Origin: Candidatus Latescibacterota bacterium
GTDB taxonomy: Bacteria > Latescibacterota > UBA2968 > GCA-2709665
Assembly (NCBI GenBank): GCA_965205485.1
Contig: OZ242180.1
Coordinates: 2,383,422 to 2,447,421, forward strand
DNA: 64,000 nucleotides
Reading direction: 5' to 3'
The notes below the pieces were generated by a model that saw only the letters and a program-made list of their open reading frames with translations, made no database searches and was not told the origin of the DNA. The position numbers were made by a program, and so were the translations under genes. The first letter of the stretch is position 1; each line of letters opens with the position of its first letter. This document shows, one piece after another, positions 18,765-28,604 of this stretch.

Positions 18765-20222
18765 ATGGGCATCCTGCGAGGGCATATTGTTGACGGCGCG
18801 ACCGGCGAGCGGATCGACGCCAAGGTCCACGTGCTGACCTCCGACGGCCGTTTTGCGCATCCCCCCGAGGCCGTGCTCAAGCGGGGCCCCGGCACGCCGT
18901 TCTTCTTCTGCGACGGTTCCTTTGAGGTCCGGGGGGGCCGCGGGCGCACTGACGTCCTGGTGGAAAGAGGGACGGAATACGAGCCCCGGCGAACGGTTGT
19001 CGACCTGCCCGAACACGGCTCGAAAGACGTCGAGATCGTCCTCAGCCGATGGTATTTCCCGCAGGAGAACAACTGGTACCCTGGCAACACTCACATCCAC
19101 TACGATGAAAGAGAATCGCGGCCGGACGACCGGCTGGCCATCGACTGCAGCGTCGAAGGCTACAACGTGACCGTGGTCAGCGTCCTGGACAGAAGGCAAC
19201 TCCCCTACGCCAGCAACAAATATCCGATCGGCGTGATGAACGAATTCACCAGCGCGCATCACGTCCTGGACATCGGCGAAGAGAACCGCCACTACGGCGA
19301 GAACTCGCCCTGGGGTTTCGGGTACGGACACGTAATGTTTCTCAACATCCGCAACCTGGTCCAGCCCGTGAGCCGCGGCCACATCCTCACCGCCCAGTTC
19401 GACCCGGACTATCCGCCGCTCTGCTTCTGCTGCGACGAAGCGCGCGACCAGGGCGGTATCGTCATCTGGTGCCACAACGGCCGGGGCATGGAGGCGCCGG
19501 TCGCGGCGGTGCTCGGGAAGCTTGATGCGTTCAACCTGTTCGATCCCTTCTGGATGGACCCCGAATACGACCTCTGGTACAAGCTCCTCAACTGCGGCAT
19601 CCGCCTGCCCGCGTCCACCGGCACGGACTGGTTCGTCTGCTCCAACAACCGCGTGTACGTCAACACCAGCGACGCGTTTTCCTACGAGAACTGGATCGCC
19701 GGTATGAAGGCGGGCAACACCTTCATCACCAACGGCCCCGCCGTCGATCTGACCGTCAACGATCACCCGATGGGATCCACGGTCCGGCTGCCCTCCGGAG
19801 GCGCGCTCGATATCGAGTCCAGCTTCAGTTCCTTCTATCCGGTCCATCGCGTGGAAATCGTAATGAACGGCCGCGTCATCCACGCGGAGCACGATGACGA
19901 AGGTAAACGCGCGGGAGCCGTCCGCCATCGCGTGGACGTCGACAGGGACGGGTGGATCGCCGCGCGGCTCTGGGGCGACGGGCGCGACAGCTTCGACCAG
20001 TCCATCTACGCCCATAGCAGCCCGGTCTATTTCTCGTGCGGCCGTCCCCCCGCCGAACGAGAGGAGTCCACGCAGTATTTCCTGAACGGAATCGACGACT
20101 CCCTGAAATGGATCGATACCTGGGGACGGTACAACACAGACCGGCAGCGTGAAGACGTCCGGGAGCTCTTCCGACAGGGGCGCGAGGGGTTCGCGGGGCT
20201 GGTGTCAGGTGGGTCCGGATGA
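18765..20222 (+). CDS. CehA/McbA family (PHP-like) metallohydrolase
   Basis: VERGTEY, WYPGNTHIH, GEE.RH..GH, WCH, WYKLLNCG.RLPASTGTD, FITNGP, AHSSPVY. Confidence 0.82.
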   Translation: MGILRGHIVDGATGERIDAKVHVLTSDGRFAHPPEAVLKRGPGTPFFFCDGSFEVRGGRGRTDVLVERGTEYEPRRTVVDLPEHGSKDVEIVLSRWYFPQENNWYPGNTHIHYDERESRPDDRLAIDCSVEGYNVTVVSVLDRRQLPYASNKYPIGVMNEFTSAHHVLDIGEENRHYGENSPWGFGYGHVMFLNIRNLVQPVSRGHILTAQFDPDYPPLCFCCDEARDQGGIVIWCHNGRGMEAPVAAVLGKLDAFNLFDPFWMDPEYDLWYKLLNCGIRLPASTGTDWFVCSNNRVYVNTSDAFSYENWIAGMKAGNTFITNGPAVDLTVNDHPMGSTVRLPSGGALDIESSFSSFYPVHRVEIVMNGRVIHAEHDDEGKRAGAVRHRVDVDRDGWIAARLWGDGRDSFDQSIYAHSSPVYFSCGRPPAEREESTQYFLNGIDDSLKWIDTWGRYNTDRQREDVRELFRQGREGFAGLVSGGSG

Positions 20223-20935
20223 CCGAAATGGACTCGACGCTCTTGATCGTTTTTCTGGTTCCATCGGTTATCGCGTTGTGGCGATACGAAAACAGGTCCG
20301 TTTCACCGGAAAAGCGTTACCGGACGTTCTGGCCAAGGTTCCTGGCGGGTTTTGTTGACGGCCTGGTGCTTTGGCCCTTGTACGTGCTTCTAATTTTCAT
20401 CCTTCGACTTGATGCACCAATCTGGTTGCACGTAACTGTTTATCTGGTATACAATGTGATTCTCTTTGTTTACACGATATTCCTGCATGGCAAGTATGGG
20501 CAAACCGTTGGTAAAATGGTCACACGAGTCCAGATCGTTGACGCCAGGACCTGCGGCAGCATCTCGTTCAGACATGCCTTCCTCAGGGATAGCCTCCCAA
20601 TCCTGTTCATGGTTCCCTGTATCGCTATCGACGCCCATGAACTGGCGCTTTCAAAGATGAAGAATGAACCGTGGCCGTCCGGCGAAGCCTCAACCGGTAG
20701 CTCGTGGGCTTTTCTGGTTCTGGTTGTCTGGTGGTTGGCCGAGGTCATCACGATGCTCACCAACACCAGACGTCGAGCAATCCACGACTTTGTTGCCGGT
20801 ACCGTCGTCGTCCGGACGAATCTGGGAGCACCCGTTGTTCAACCGACACGCGAACCGATTGAAGATACGACTCCTGAAATGACGCCTGAACCGAAGCCTC
20901 GCGTAAAGAGAAGGTTCAGCTCGGTATTTCGTTAG
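20219..20935 (+). CDS. RDD family membrane protein
   Basis: FWPRFLAGFVD, GQTVGK, RRAIHDFVAGTVVV. Confidence 0.88.
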   Translation: MTEMDSTLLIVFLVPSVIALWRYENRSVSPEKRYRTFWPRFLAGFVDGLVLWPLYVLLIFILRLDAPIWLHVTVYLVYNVILFVYTIFLHGKYGQTVGKMVTRVQIVDARTCGSISFRHAFLRDSLPILFMVPCIAIDAHELALSKMKNEPWPSGEASTGSSWAFLVLVVWWLAEVITMLTNTRRRAIHDFVAGTVVVRTNLGAPVVQPTREPIEDTTPEMTPEPKPRVKRRFSSVFR

Positions 20936-20951
20936 GCGAATCGCTCGAATC

Positions 20952-22109
20952 GTGAAATCGAACCCGAAAACGGAGCGCGCCTCGCTGTTTTCCGACAGAA
21001 TTTGGGTTGCGCTCGCTTTTTTACTGTTCACGCCCGCCCCCGTGGTCCACGCCGGGGAGTGGAAGGCCGCCCGCTCGGACTATCCGTGGTCCTTCCCGCA
21101 GGACCACTGGGCCCGTGACGGGTACAAGACGGAGTGGTGGTATTTTACGGGGCATCTGACGTCGGAGGACGGGCGCCGCTTCGGGTACCAGTTCACCTTC
21201 TTCAGGGTCGGCATGTTGCCGCAGCGCCCCTCGCTGGCCTCGGAATGGGCGGCCGGCAACGTGATCATGGGCCACGCGGCCATCGGCGATCTCGAGTCGC
21301 AACGCCATCACTTCAGTGAGGTGATCTACCGGATCACGCCCCTGCTCGGCGGGTTTGGCGAGTACCCGGACACGCTGATCGCGTGGAGCCGGGCGCCCGC
21401 GGGTACCGACGCGCTCTGGACGCTGCGCTGGAACGGCTCGGGTTTCGATTTCACGATGACCGACAGCCGGCAGCGCATGGGATTCTCGCTTTCGACCCGG
21501 CCCGAAAAGGAGATGATCTACCAGGGGCCGAACGGATTCAGCAGAAAAGGCAACGCCGAGGCCGCGGCCAGCCAGTATTACAGCTTTACCCGGCTTGCAA
21601 CAACGGGCGAGATCAGGCTGGGCGGCGAGCGGCTTTCGGTAACGGGTCGGACCTGGATGGACAAGGAGTTCGGGTCGAACCAGTTGGAAACCCATCAGGT
21701 GGGGTGGGACTGGTTCAGCCTGCAGCTCGACGACGGCCGCGAGGTGATGCTGTACGTGCTGCGGGACACCACGGGCGCCGCGGACCATGCCCGCGGTACA
21801 ATCGTCTCGGCGTCGGGGCAGGCCACGTATCTGGCGCCCGAAGCGTTTTCCATTCGAGCGACCGGGACCTGGGAAAGTCCGGAGACGGATGCCGTGTATC
21901 CATCGCGTTGGGAGATCGCGCTGCCCGGCGAGGACCTGCGGATGTCGATCCGGCCCGTGATGGCGGACCAGGAGAATCGAAGCGCGTTGATCAAATCGAT
22001 GTTCTATTGGGAGGGCGCGGTGGATATTACCGGCCCTGACAGGAAGCGGATTGGGCAGGGATACGTTGAACTCGTGGGGTACGGGACGGGAAGCCGGCCG
22101 CGGTTGTAG
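20952..22109 (+). CDS. Lipocalin-like / carotenoid 1,2-hydratase (AttH/CrtC) family protein
   Basis: FPQDH..EWWYFTG, FGYQFTFFR, SQYYSFTRL, WMDKEF, GWDWFSLQLDDG, YWEGAV, GYVELVGY. Confidence 0.88.
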   Translation: MKSNPKTERASLFSDRIWVALAFLLFTPAPVVHAGEWKAARSDYPWSFPQDHWARDGYKTEWWYFTGHLTSEDGRRFGYQFTFFRVGMLPQRPSLASEWAAGNVIMGHAAIGDLESQRHHFSEVIYRITPLLGGFGEYPDTLIAWSRAPAGTDALWTLRWNGSGFDFTMTDSRQRMGFSLSTRPEKEMIYQGPNGFSRKGNAEAAASQYYSFTRLATTGEIRLGGERLSVTGRTWMDKEFGSNQLETHQVGWDWFSLQLDDGREVMLYVLRDTTGAADHARGTIVSASGQATYLAPEAFSIRATGTWESPETDAVYPSRWEIALPGEDLRMSIRPVMADQENRSALIKSMFYWEGAVDITGPDRKRIGQGYVELVGYGTGSRPRL

Positions 22110-22173
22110 CGATCCGCGCCTGTCGGCGAGAGATGACATTAATCCGATGTACAGGCTGAGATACCATTCATGC

Positions 22174-22199
22174 GTAGGGGCGATCCTTGTGGTCGCCCT
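22174..22199. repeat. GTAG-type REP-like palindrome (copy 2)
   Basis: GTAGGGGCGATCCTTGTGGTCGCCCT, intergenic. Confidence 0.75.
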
Positions 22200-22326
22200 T
22201 TTTCGTTGTGTCTTACGTCGCGGGCAACCGGAGTGCATCCTGAAGGGTGTAAGTGCGGAGGATCGGCCAAAAGTAACCCTTGCAATTGTCCATTTGGAGG
22301 ATAATTCGATTGAATCGTACCTCGCG

Positions 22327-24384
22327 ATGAAAAGGCGATTACACATTTGCAGCGTCGTTGCGACGTTGCTGACGTCCGTATCATTGGGTGCCGACGATCA
22401 GCACCCGACCCGGGTCGCTCGAGCCGTCAGGGTGAAAACCGCACCGGTAATCGATGGCGAGCTTTCCGATCCCGTATGGCAACAAGCGCGGATTGCGACC
22501 GGCTTCTTTCGTGTAAAGGAGGGAAGTATTCAACCGTCGCGTCTGAAAACTGAAGTCAGGATATTGTACGACGAAGAGGCGCTCTATATAGGCATATATT
22601 GTGAAGAACCGGATATGGGGAATCTGCGGGAAACGATGACCCGACGCGATTCCCGTATATGGCATAATGACTGCGTGGAAGTGATGCTGGATACCTATCG
22701 AGACCGGCGCAATTGTTACGTTTTCGCGACAAACACACTTGGCACGCAGATGGACGAACGGATAAGCAATGAGAGTGTCTTCGACCTGAGTTGGGATGCC
22801 GTTTGGGAATCGAAGGTAAGGAAACACCGCAACGGATGGACCGCCGAATTCTCGATCCCGTTTCGAGCGCTCCGGTTTGATCCGCATAATCCGACGTGGG
22901 GAGTCAACTTCTGGAGGACGCATCCGATAAACGGTCAATCCTATTCCTGGGCGCCTTCCGCATTTTTCGGCCGTGTGTCCGAGTTCGGCGACCTGACCGG
23001 ATTGAATCTTGGAAAGATCCGTTTCGAACCGAAAGTCGGCGTTCTTCCCTACGCCACTTATCGTGCGATAGACGACCGTCAGGATGATTTCGACGGGGGC
23101 CTGGACTTTATTGTACCGGTCTCGACGCACCTTACCTCGAATGTGACGTTCAACCCCGACTTTTCTCAGTTGGAAAGTGACCCCACCCGAATCAATATAG
23201 TTAGCGACCGGGAGCTGTCACTGCCGGAACGAAGGCCATTTTTCCGGGAGGGCGCCGAACTATTCAAGTTGCCCCTGAACCTGTACTATACCCGCCGCGT
23301 TCAGGAAATCGATATAGGGACGAAAGTAGCCGGCAGATTTCGCGCAGCGAATTTCTCCGTGATCAACACGTACGGAAAGTTGATAGACCGATACGATGGG
23401 GATAGCAAAAAGCAGGCGAATCTCCTGGCCGGTCGTGTCAACTACGACATTGGCAATCGTACGGTCGTCGGGTTCATGGGCGTTCAGAAACACCAGGAAG
23501 ACAGAGACGTGATGCTTCTGTCTCTCAACGGTCGATTCGGATTTGGTCGAGACCTGACTGCAACGTCCCAATTTGCCGTCAATTCCATTGGCGGTCAAAC
23601 ACGTAGCGCGTACCACCAGGCACTGACGTGGGTCCATGAGGGTTGGATGGCTCAAATTGGGATTGAAGAAATCCAGGACGGCTTTCGTCCCAATGAGATC
23701 GGACTTGAAGATGACGCATTCCATCGCAAGCGTGCCCGGGCAAGATACAGTTACGGACTGCCGGAGACCCGTCTCGTGCGGTCACTGACGGCCGAAATGT
23801 ACCACGCATACCAAACCGATGCAGACAAGCTGTTGAAGGAACGGCGCCACGAGTTCAGGTTCAATGTCGAAATCGGCCGGACTGACTTCGCGACGTTCGG
23901 TGGATTCGGAGCCCTTCGCGAAGTCGGTGAACTCTTCGACACCCGGTTTCTTGGCTCAGAGATGAATTATACGGCACAGCGGTGGCACCTGAGCACATTT
24001 GGTCGAATCGGGCTTCGTCGAGGCGAAATCAGCCGATATTCGAGTTTCTCCGCAGGTCTCAACCTCTTGGAAAAGACGACTTTGGATGTCACGCTTGGCT
24101 ATCTTTCATGGGATGCGATTCGCAACACGTTTGTATTCCGGCTAAGCGGCAACTACCAACTGACTCGAAGGGTCGGCTGGCGCATTTATGTTGAACGGGT
24201 TGATGAACGGTTACGGGATGAAACGTTCCTCAGTTTCAATGCCATCTTCGATTACGAATTCACGCCGGAAAGCCATATATACTTTGTATTCGTGGATGGC
24301 AGGCAGGGAAACCGGGCAGTGTTCGCGAAAATTGCGTATCTCTTCGAATCCGGTGTTCCAGGTTTCGGCAAGGCGATTGAATGA
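22327..24384 (+). CDS. CBM9-like + DUF5916 outer-membrane protein
   Basis: Signal peptide. APVIDGELSDPVW, LDTYRDRRN, WTAEFSIPF, NPDFSQLESD, PERRPFF.EG, YYTRR. C-terminal beta strands. Confidence 0.82.
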   Translation: MKRRLHICSVVATLLTSVSLGADDQHPTRVARAVRVKTAPVIDGELSDPVWQQARIATGFFRVKEGSIQPSRLKTEVRILYDEEALYIGIYCEEPDMGNLRETMTRRDSRIWHNDCVEVMLDTYRDRRNCYVFATNTLGTQMDERISNESVFDLSWDAVWESKVRKHRNGWTAEFSIPFRALRFDPHNPTWGVNFWRTHPINGQSYSWAPSAFFGRVSEFGDLTGLNLGKIRFEPKVGVLPYATYRAIDDRQDDFDGGLDFIVPVSTHLTSNVTFNPDFSQLESDPTRINIVSDRELSLPERRPFFREGAELFKLPLNLYYTRRVQEIDIGTKVAGRFRAANFSVINTYGKLIDRYDGDSKKQANLLAGRVNYDIGNRTVVGFMGVQKHQEDRDVMLLSLNGRFGFGRDLTATSQFAVNSIGGQTRSAYHQALTWVHEGWMAQIGIEEIQDGFRPNEIGLEDDAFHRKRARARYSYGLPETRLVRSLTAEMYHAYQTDADKLLKERRHEFRFNVEIGRTDFATFGGFGALREVGELFDTRFLGSEMNYTAQRWHLSTFGRIGLRRGEISRYSSFSAGLNLLEKTTLDVTLGYLSWDAIRNTFVFRLSGNYQLTRRVGWRIYVERVDERLRDETFLSFNAIFDYEFTPESHIYFVFVDGRQGNRAVFAKIAYLFESGVPGFGKAIE

Positions 24385-24515
24385 CCTCGACGTCAACCGG
24401 TCGACACGTGACCGGGGAAGAGTAAACGTCAGACGGGTTTTTCTGAGACTGACTGTTGAATCTACTGAATCGGCAGTCCGGCTTTGCAGACCCATCCCGA
24501 CTATTTGTGTCTTCT

Positions 24516-24541
24516 GTAGGGGCGACCCTTGTGGTCGCCCT
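24516..24541. repeat. GTAG-type REP-like palindrome (copy 3)
   Basis: GTAGGGGCGACCCTTGTGGTCGCCCT, one mismatch from copy 2. Confidence 0.75.
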
Positions 24542-24666
24542 GTTTTTTGCGCATAAGTACAAAAAGACGTTGATCGGCATATTCATGAGGGCTATCTTGT
24601 CAGCGGCGTTGTGGACCGCAGGAACGTCAGTTGCCGCCCGGATCATTTCCCTTTTATGAGGTGCGT

Positions 24667-25803
24667 ATGGACAGCGAGAGTGGACGCCGGATCTACGAAG
24701 ACCTGGGCGTGAACCCCGTGATCAACGGTATGGGAAGCCAGACAGTGCTGGGCGGTTCGCGTCTCTCTCCCGGCGTACTCCGGGCGATGCAGGATGCGAA
24801 CCGGTACTTTGTGGATATGAAGGAGTTGTTGAAGGGGTCGGGCGAAGTGATTGCGGGGATATTGAGGGCGGAGGCGGCGCTGGTCACGCCCGGATGCGCG
24901 TCCGTGCTGGCGCTGGGATCGGCGGCGTGCATGACGGGAAACGACCGCGGCAGGATGGAGAGGCTGCCCGACACGACGGGGATGTGCGACGAGTTTCTGA
25001 TTCAGTCCGGGCAGCGGTACAAATACGAACGCTGCGTGACGGTTTACGGCGGAAAGCTGGTGGAGGTTGGTGACGGGGACGGTACGACGGAGAGCCAGCT
25101 GCGGGCCGCGATGACCGATCGCACGGCAGGCCTGCTCTACGTCGCCCCTGGCGGGGGGCCGGGCGTGGTCCCGCTGGAAGACGCCATAGCCATCGCGAGA
25201 GACCGCGGCGTCGCGGTAATCGTGGATGCGGCCTCGCAGGTATTCCCGCTGGACGTCATGTGCCGGTACCCCCGTATGGGCGCGGACGTGGTGGGATACG
25301 GCGCGAAATATTTCGGCGCGTGCAACTCAACGGGGATCATGTGCGGACGGAGAGACCTGGTGGACGCGGCTTTCGTTCAGGGTTTCATCGGATTCGAGAC
25401 CGAGGAACGGCGCACCGTGGGTCGTCCCCTGAAGGTGGACCGCCAGGAGGTGATCGCCGTGACTGCCGCGTTGAAGGAATGGTTTGAAATGGACCACGAC
25501 GCGCGTTTCGACGATCACCGGCGCAAGGCCGACAAACTGTTCCGCTCATTGAAGGGCGTTCCGCAAATCCAGGTGGAACACGTGACGGAAAAACGCGGGC
25601 TCGGCAGCGGGCTGCTGGTCCGGTTCGACGAGAACGTAATTGGAAAATCCCTTTCGCAGGTCCTGGCCGAACTTAAGGAGGCCCGGCCGAGTATCGTGCT
25701 TGGGAATTCTGCGGATGCGCTCCACGTGTCGGTTCCGACCCTGACGGACGAGGACTTGAAAGTCGTCGGCGAGCGATTGCGTGAAGTCCTGGGCGCATCG
25801 TGA
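24667..25803 (+). CDS. SelA-like / DgaE-family PLP-dependent enzyme
   Basis: LGVNPVING.G..T.LGGS, IVDAAS, YGAKY (PLP Lys), GRPLKVDRQE. Confidence 0.8.
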   Translation: MDSESGRRIYEDLGVNPVINGMGSQTVLGGSRLSPGVLRAMQDANRYFVDMKELLKGSGEVIAGILRAEAALVTPGCASVLALGSAACMTGNDRGRMERLPDTTGMCDEFLIQSGQRYKYERCVTVYGGKLVEVGDGDGTTESQLRAAMTDRTAGLLYVAPGGGPGVVPLEDAIAIARDRGVAVIVDAASQVFPLDVMCRYPRMGADVVGYGAKYFGACNSTGIMCGRRDLVDAAFVQGFIGFETEERRTVGRPLKVDRQEVIAVTAALKEWFEMDHDARFDDHRRKADKLFRSLKGVPQIQVEHVTEKRGLGSGLLVRFDENVIGKSLSQVLAELKEARPSIVLGNSADALHVSVPTLTDEDLKVVGERLREVLGAS

Positions 25804-25848
25804 GAGAATACAGGCTTGCCTGCACGGAATGTGGTTGAAAACGTAGCG

Positions 25849-26586
25849 ATGGATTCCTGTACCCGGCTTACCGTAATTGTCCCTGCTTTCAATGAGGAGG
25901 CATATCTCGCCGCGACTCTGGACTCGATCCGCGCCGCGGCGGAACTGTTGACCGCGAAATCAATCGCGTGCGTAGTGACGATCGTCGTGGACAACAACAG
26001 CGTGGATGGAACCGCCGGTATTGCGCGCGCCCGCGAGGCGACGGTTGTTTTCGAGCCGATGCAGGGCATCTCCCGCGCGCGCAATACGGGAGCGCGTCAC
26101 GCCGCCGGGGACGTGTTGGTCTTTATCGACGCGGACGTCATCGTTCCTCACGATCTGCTCAAGACGATTCACGAGGAAATGGGCGATCCGAAGTGTATCG
26201 GAGGCGGCGTGGACGTAGACTATCGACCTCGACGCCTCGCCGTACGGCTCTATCTTGGCGCCTGGCGGCTCTTTGGTCGTGTTACGGGAATGGTTCAAGG
26301 GGCCGCGCAATTCTGTAGCAGGAGCACTTTCGAGCAGACAGGCGGCTACGACGAGAGCGTCTGGATGGGCGAGGACGTCGACTTTTACTGGAAGCTGAAC
26401 AGGCTGGCAAAATCAACGGGCCGGTCGGTCAGGTTTATCCGGGAACCGCGGGTACAACCTTCCAGCCGGCGCTTCGACAGGTGGCCGGTCTGGAAGATCA
26501 TTGTCTGGACGAACCCGCTCTTCATCACGTTGTTCCGCCGATGGAAACGAGTCTGGACCGGATGGTACGCCGATCCCGTGCGGTAG
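25849..26586 (+). CDS. Glycosyltransferase family 2
   Basis: VIVPAFNEE, VVDNNSVDGT, ARNTGA, FIDAD, GGYDE..GEDVDF, SSRRF. Confidence 0.9.
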   Translation: MDSCTRLTVIVPAFNEEAYLAATLDSIRAAAELLTAKSIACVVTIVVDNNSVDGTAGIARAREATVVFEPMQGISRARNTGARHAAGDVLVFIDADVIVPHDLLKTIHEEMGDPKCIGGGVDVDYRPRRLAVRLYLGAWRLFGRVTGMVQGAAQFCSRSTFEQTGGYDESVWMGEDVDFYWKLNRLAKSTGRSVRFIREPRVQPSSRRFDRWPVWKIIVWTNPLFITLFRRWKRVWTGWYADPVR

Positions 26587-26685
26587 CGCGTCGGTACGCT
26601 TTGTTTTCGCGCATGACCGGCGTCGCCGCGGTGACCGTGCCGGACTATCGGCGATCGACTTGAGGACGAAGTTTCAACTTCGGGG

Positions 26686-27453
26686 ATGAATTTGATCTCA
26701 GCCGGAGAGCAGTTCAATCGCCAGGCGGCCAGATACGCCGTGAGCGAAGCGCACTCATCGGGAGAGAGTCTGCGCATCCTCACGGGCTGGGCGGCCCTCG
26801 AACGCTACGCCATCGGTCTGGATATCGCAACGGGTCCCGGCTTCACGGCATTCGCGGTTGCCGGTTTCTGCGACACGATCGTGGCATCGGACATCGCGCC
26901 GAGGATGCTGGACCAGGCCCGAAAAATCGCTGAAGAGCGGGGCATTGCGAACGTACGCTTTGAGATTGTCGATGCCTGCGATATTTCATATCCTGACGCA
27001 TCGATCGACCTGGTCACCTGCAGGACGGCGCCTCACCATTTTCAGGAAATCGGCAGGTTTCTCTCAGAAGTCGACCGCGTGTTGAGACCGGGGGGCGTCT
27101 TCCTTCTGTGCGACACGACGACGTCGGAAGACCCGGATGTCGCGGCGTGGCATCATCGCGTGGAAGTGGAACGGGATCCAACGCATGTGTCGGCGCCTAC
27201 GCCGAAGGAGTGGCGCAGGGACCTGAGCGGCACCGGATTCGAAATGACCCATACGGCGGACACGCGGGTGGACATGACGCTTCGGGAGTGGGTTGATCGA
27301 TCAGGGACGCCGGCGGAGGCAGTGGAGGAATTGTATCGGGACTTCGCCGCCGCGCCGCGGGAAGTCAGAAACGCGTTCGGGATAAGCCGTTCAGGTGACG
27401 ATGATTTCGAGTTCTATTGGCCGGTTTTCTGTTGTCGGTCCTTGAAGTCTTAA
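26686..27453 (+). CDS. Class I SAM-dependent methyltransferase (UbiE-like)
   Basis: LDIATGPG, DLVTCRTAPHHF, RVLRPGG, RDPTH. Confidence 0.88.
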   Translation: MNLISAGEQFNRQAARYAVSEAHSSGESLRILTGWAALERYAIGLDIATGPGFTAFAVAGFCDTIVASDIAPRMLDQARKIAEERGIANVRFEIVDACDISYPDASIDLVTCRTAPHHFQEIGRFLSEVDRVLRPGGVFLLCDTTTSEDPDVAAWHHRVEVERDPTHVSAPTPKEWRRDLSGTGFEMTHTADTRVDMTLREWVDRSGTPAEAVEELYRDFAAAPREVRNAFGISRSGDDDFEFYWPVFCCRSLKS

Positions 27454-27522
27454 TACCCGCGAAATCGCGAAACCCATGGGTCAACAAATCAATAATGTCG
27501 TCAACTCCGGGAGGGATCGATT

Positions 27523-27936
27523 ATGCCGTCGGCAACCGCTTGGACGTGCAAGCTGATTCGCTCGCAGGACGTCTTCACCGGCAAGCAGGCGTTTACCTAC
27601 CGTAAGGGCGTAACCGCCGAAAACACCGGGTCCCGGGGTCTCAGCATGCACCTGCTGGCCATCCCTCCGGGCGAACGCGCCAAAGCGCACCTGCACGAAG
27701 ACCACGAGAGCGCCGTCTACGTCATCAGTGGCAAGTCGGGAATGTGGTACGGCGAGAATCTGGAGGAGCACGTGCGCGTCGACAGCGGCGATTTCGTCTA
27801 CATCCCGCCCGGTATGCCCCACCTCCCGTACAACGCCAGCGACACCGAACCCTGCATCGCCGTCATCGCCCGCACCGACCCCAACGAACAGGAGAGTGTT
27901 CGGCTCCTGCCGGAGTTGGATGGGATTCACCCGTGA
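27523..27936 (+). CDS. Cupin domain protein (RmlC-like)
   Basis: KAHLHEDHESAVYV, GDFVYIPPGMPHLP, RTDPNEQES. Confidence 0.88.
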   Translation: MPSATAWTCKLIRSQDVFTGKQAFTYRKGVTAENTGSRGLSMHLLAIPPGERAKAHLHEDHESAVYVISGKSGMWYGENLEEHVRVDSGDFVYIPPGMPHLPYNASDTEPCIAVIARTDPNEQESVRLLPELDGIHP

Positions 27937-27998
27937 GAATGCACTGTGCCGTATCTTCCGGCGTCGGACCAGCTTCCGATTCAGTGGTGAATCGGCAA

Positions 27999-28604
27999 TT
28001 ACTGCAAATGACGCCGGACATATCCAATGCCATCGGCGAATTTCGTCAGCAGCAGGCAATCACGTGAACTCAGTTCAGTTTCGATATGCGGATTGGCGAA
28101 ATCCCTGGAATTCCTGGTTATGAAACAGCATCGCTCCCGGGATTCTGCATTCAGATGGTCAAGAACGGAAGCATAAACAATCGAATCTTGCGGGGAAAGG
28201 TTGAGCTTTTCTTGAAGACTTATCGCGGCGCTTATGACGTTTAATCCTACCGGTATCACTTCAACGGTCTGCAAAATTCCTTCCAGCGTTTCGTCCAGCC
28301 TGCGCTTTTCCTCTTCTCCGCTACGGATCAATATGCTGTTGAGTTCGTGGAAACGTTCGGATGCCGCTTCGTATGGACTTGAACGCGAGAGTTCTCGAAT
28401 GGCCGTCGTGACGTCCTCGTGGATCTGTCGTCTTCGCTTCGTGCGGCGCACCCACGTTTCATAAGGCTCCCCAATGCTGAAGGCAGGCAAAACCAGGCTA
28501 ATCTTACCAACTTCAGCGAGGCGCAAAAGTGCCGAGCACTCGTCATGCTCGGCCTGGAGAAAAGCAAGTTCAAGAACGAAATTTGACTCCAGATACACAA
28601 TCAT
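27999..28604 (-). CDS. PIN domain protein
   Basis: N-terminal VYLESNFVLE, then LSPQDSIVYASV and FITRNSRDF acidic motifs. Confidence 0.78.
   Translation of the reverse strand: MIVYLESNFVLELAFLQAEHDECSALLRLAEVGKISLVLPAFSIGEPYETWVRRTKRRRQIHEDVTTAIRELSRSSPYEAASERFHELNSILIRSGEEEKRRLDETLEGILQTVEVIPVGLNVISAAISLQEKLNLSPQDSIVYASVLDHLNAESRERCCFITRNSRDFANPHIETELSSRDCLLLTKFADGIGYVRRHLQ

Noticed and set aside
24667-25803. True selenocysteine synthase SelA partnering selD
   Set aside because: It is short and matches the SelA-like/DgaE group rather than canonical SelA. It lies 12 kb from selD with no selB or selC nearby.
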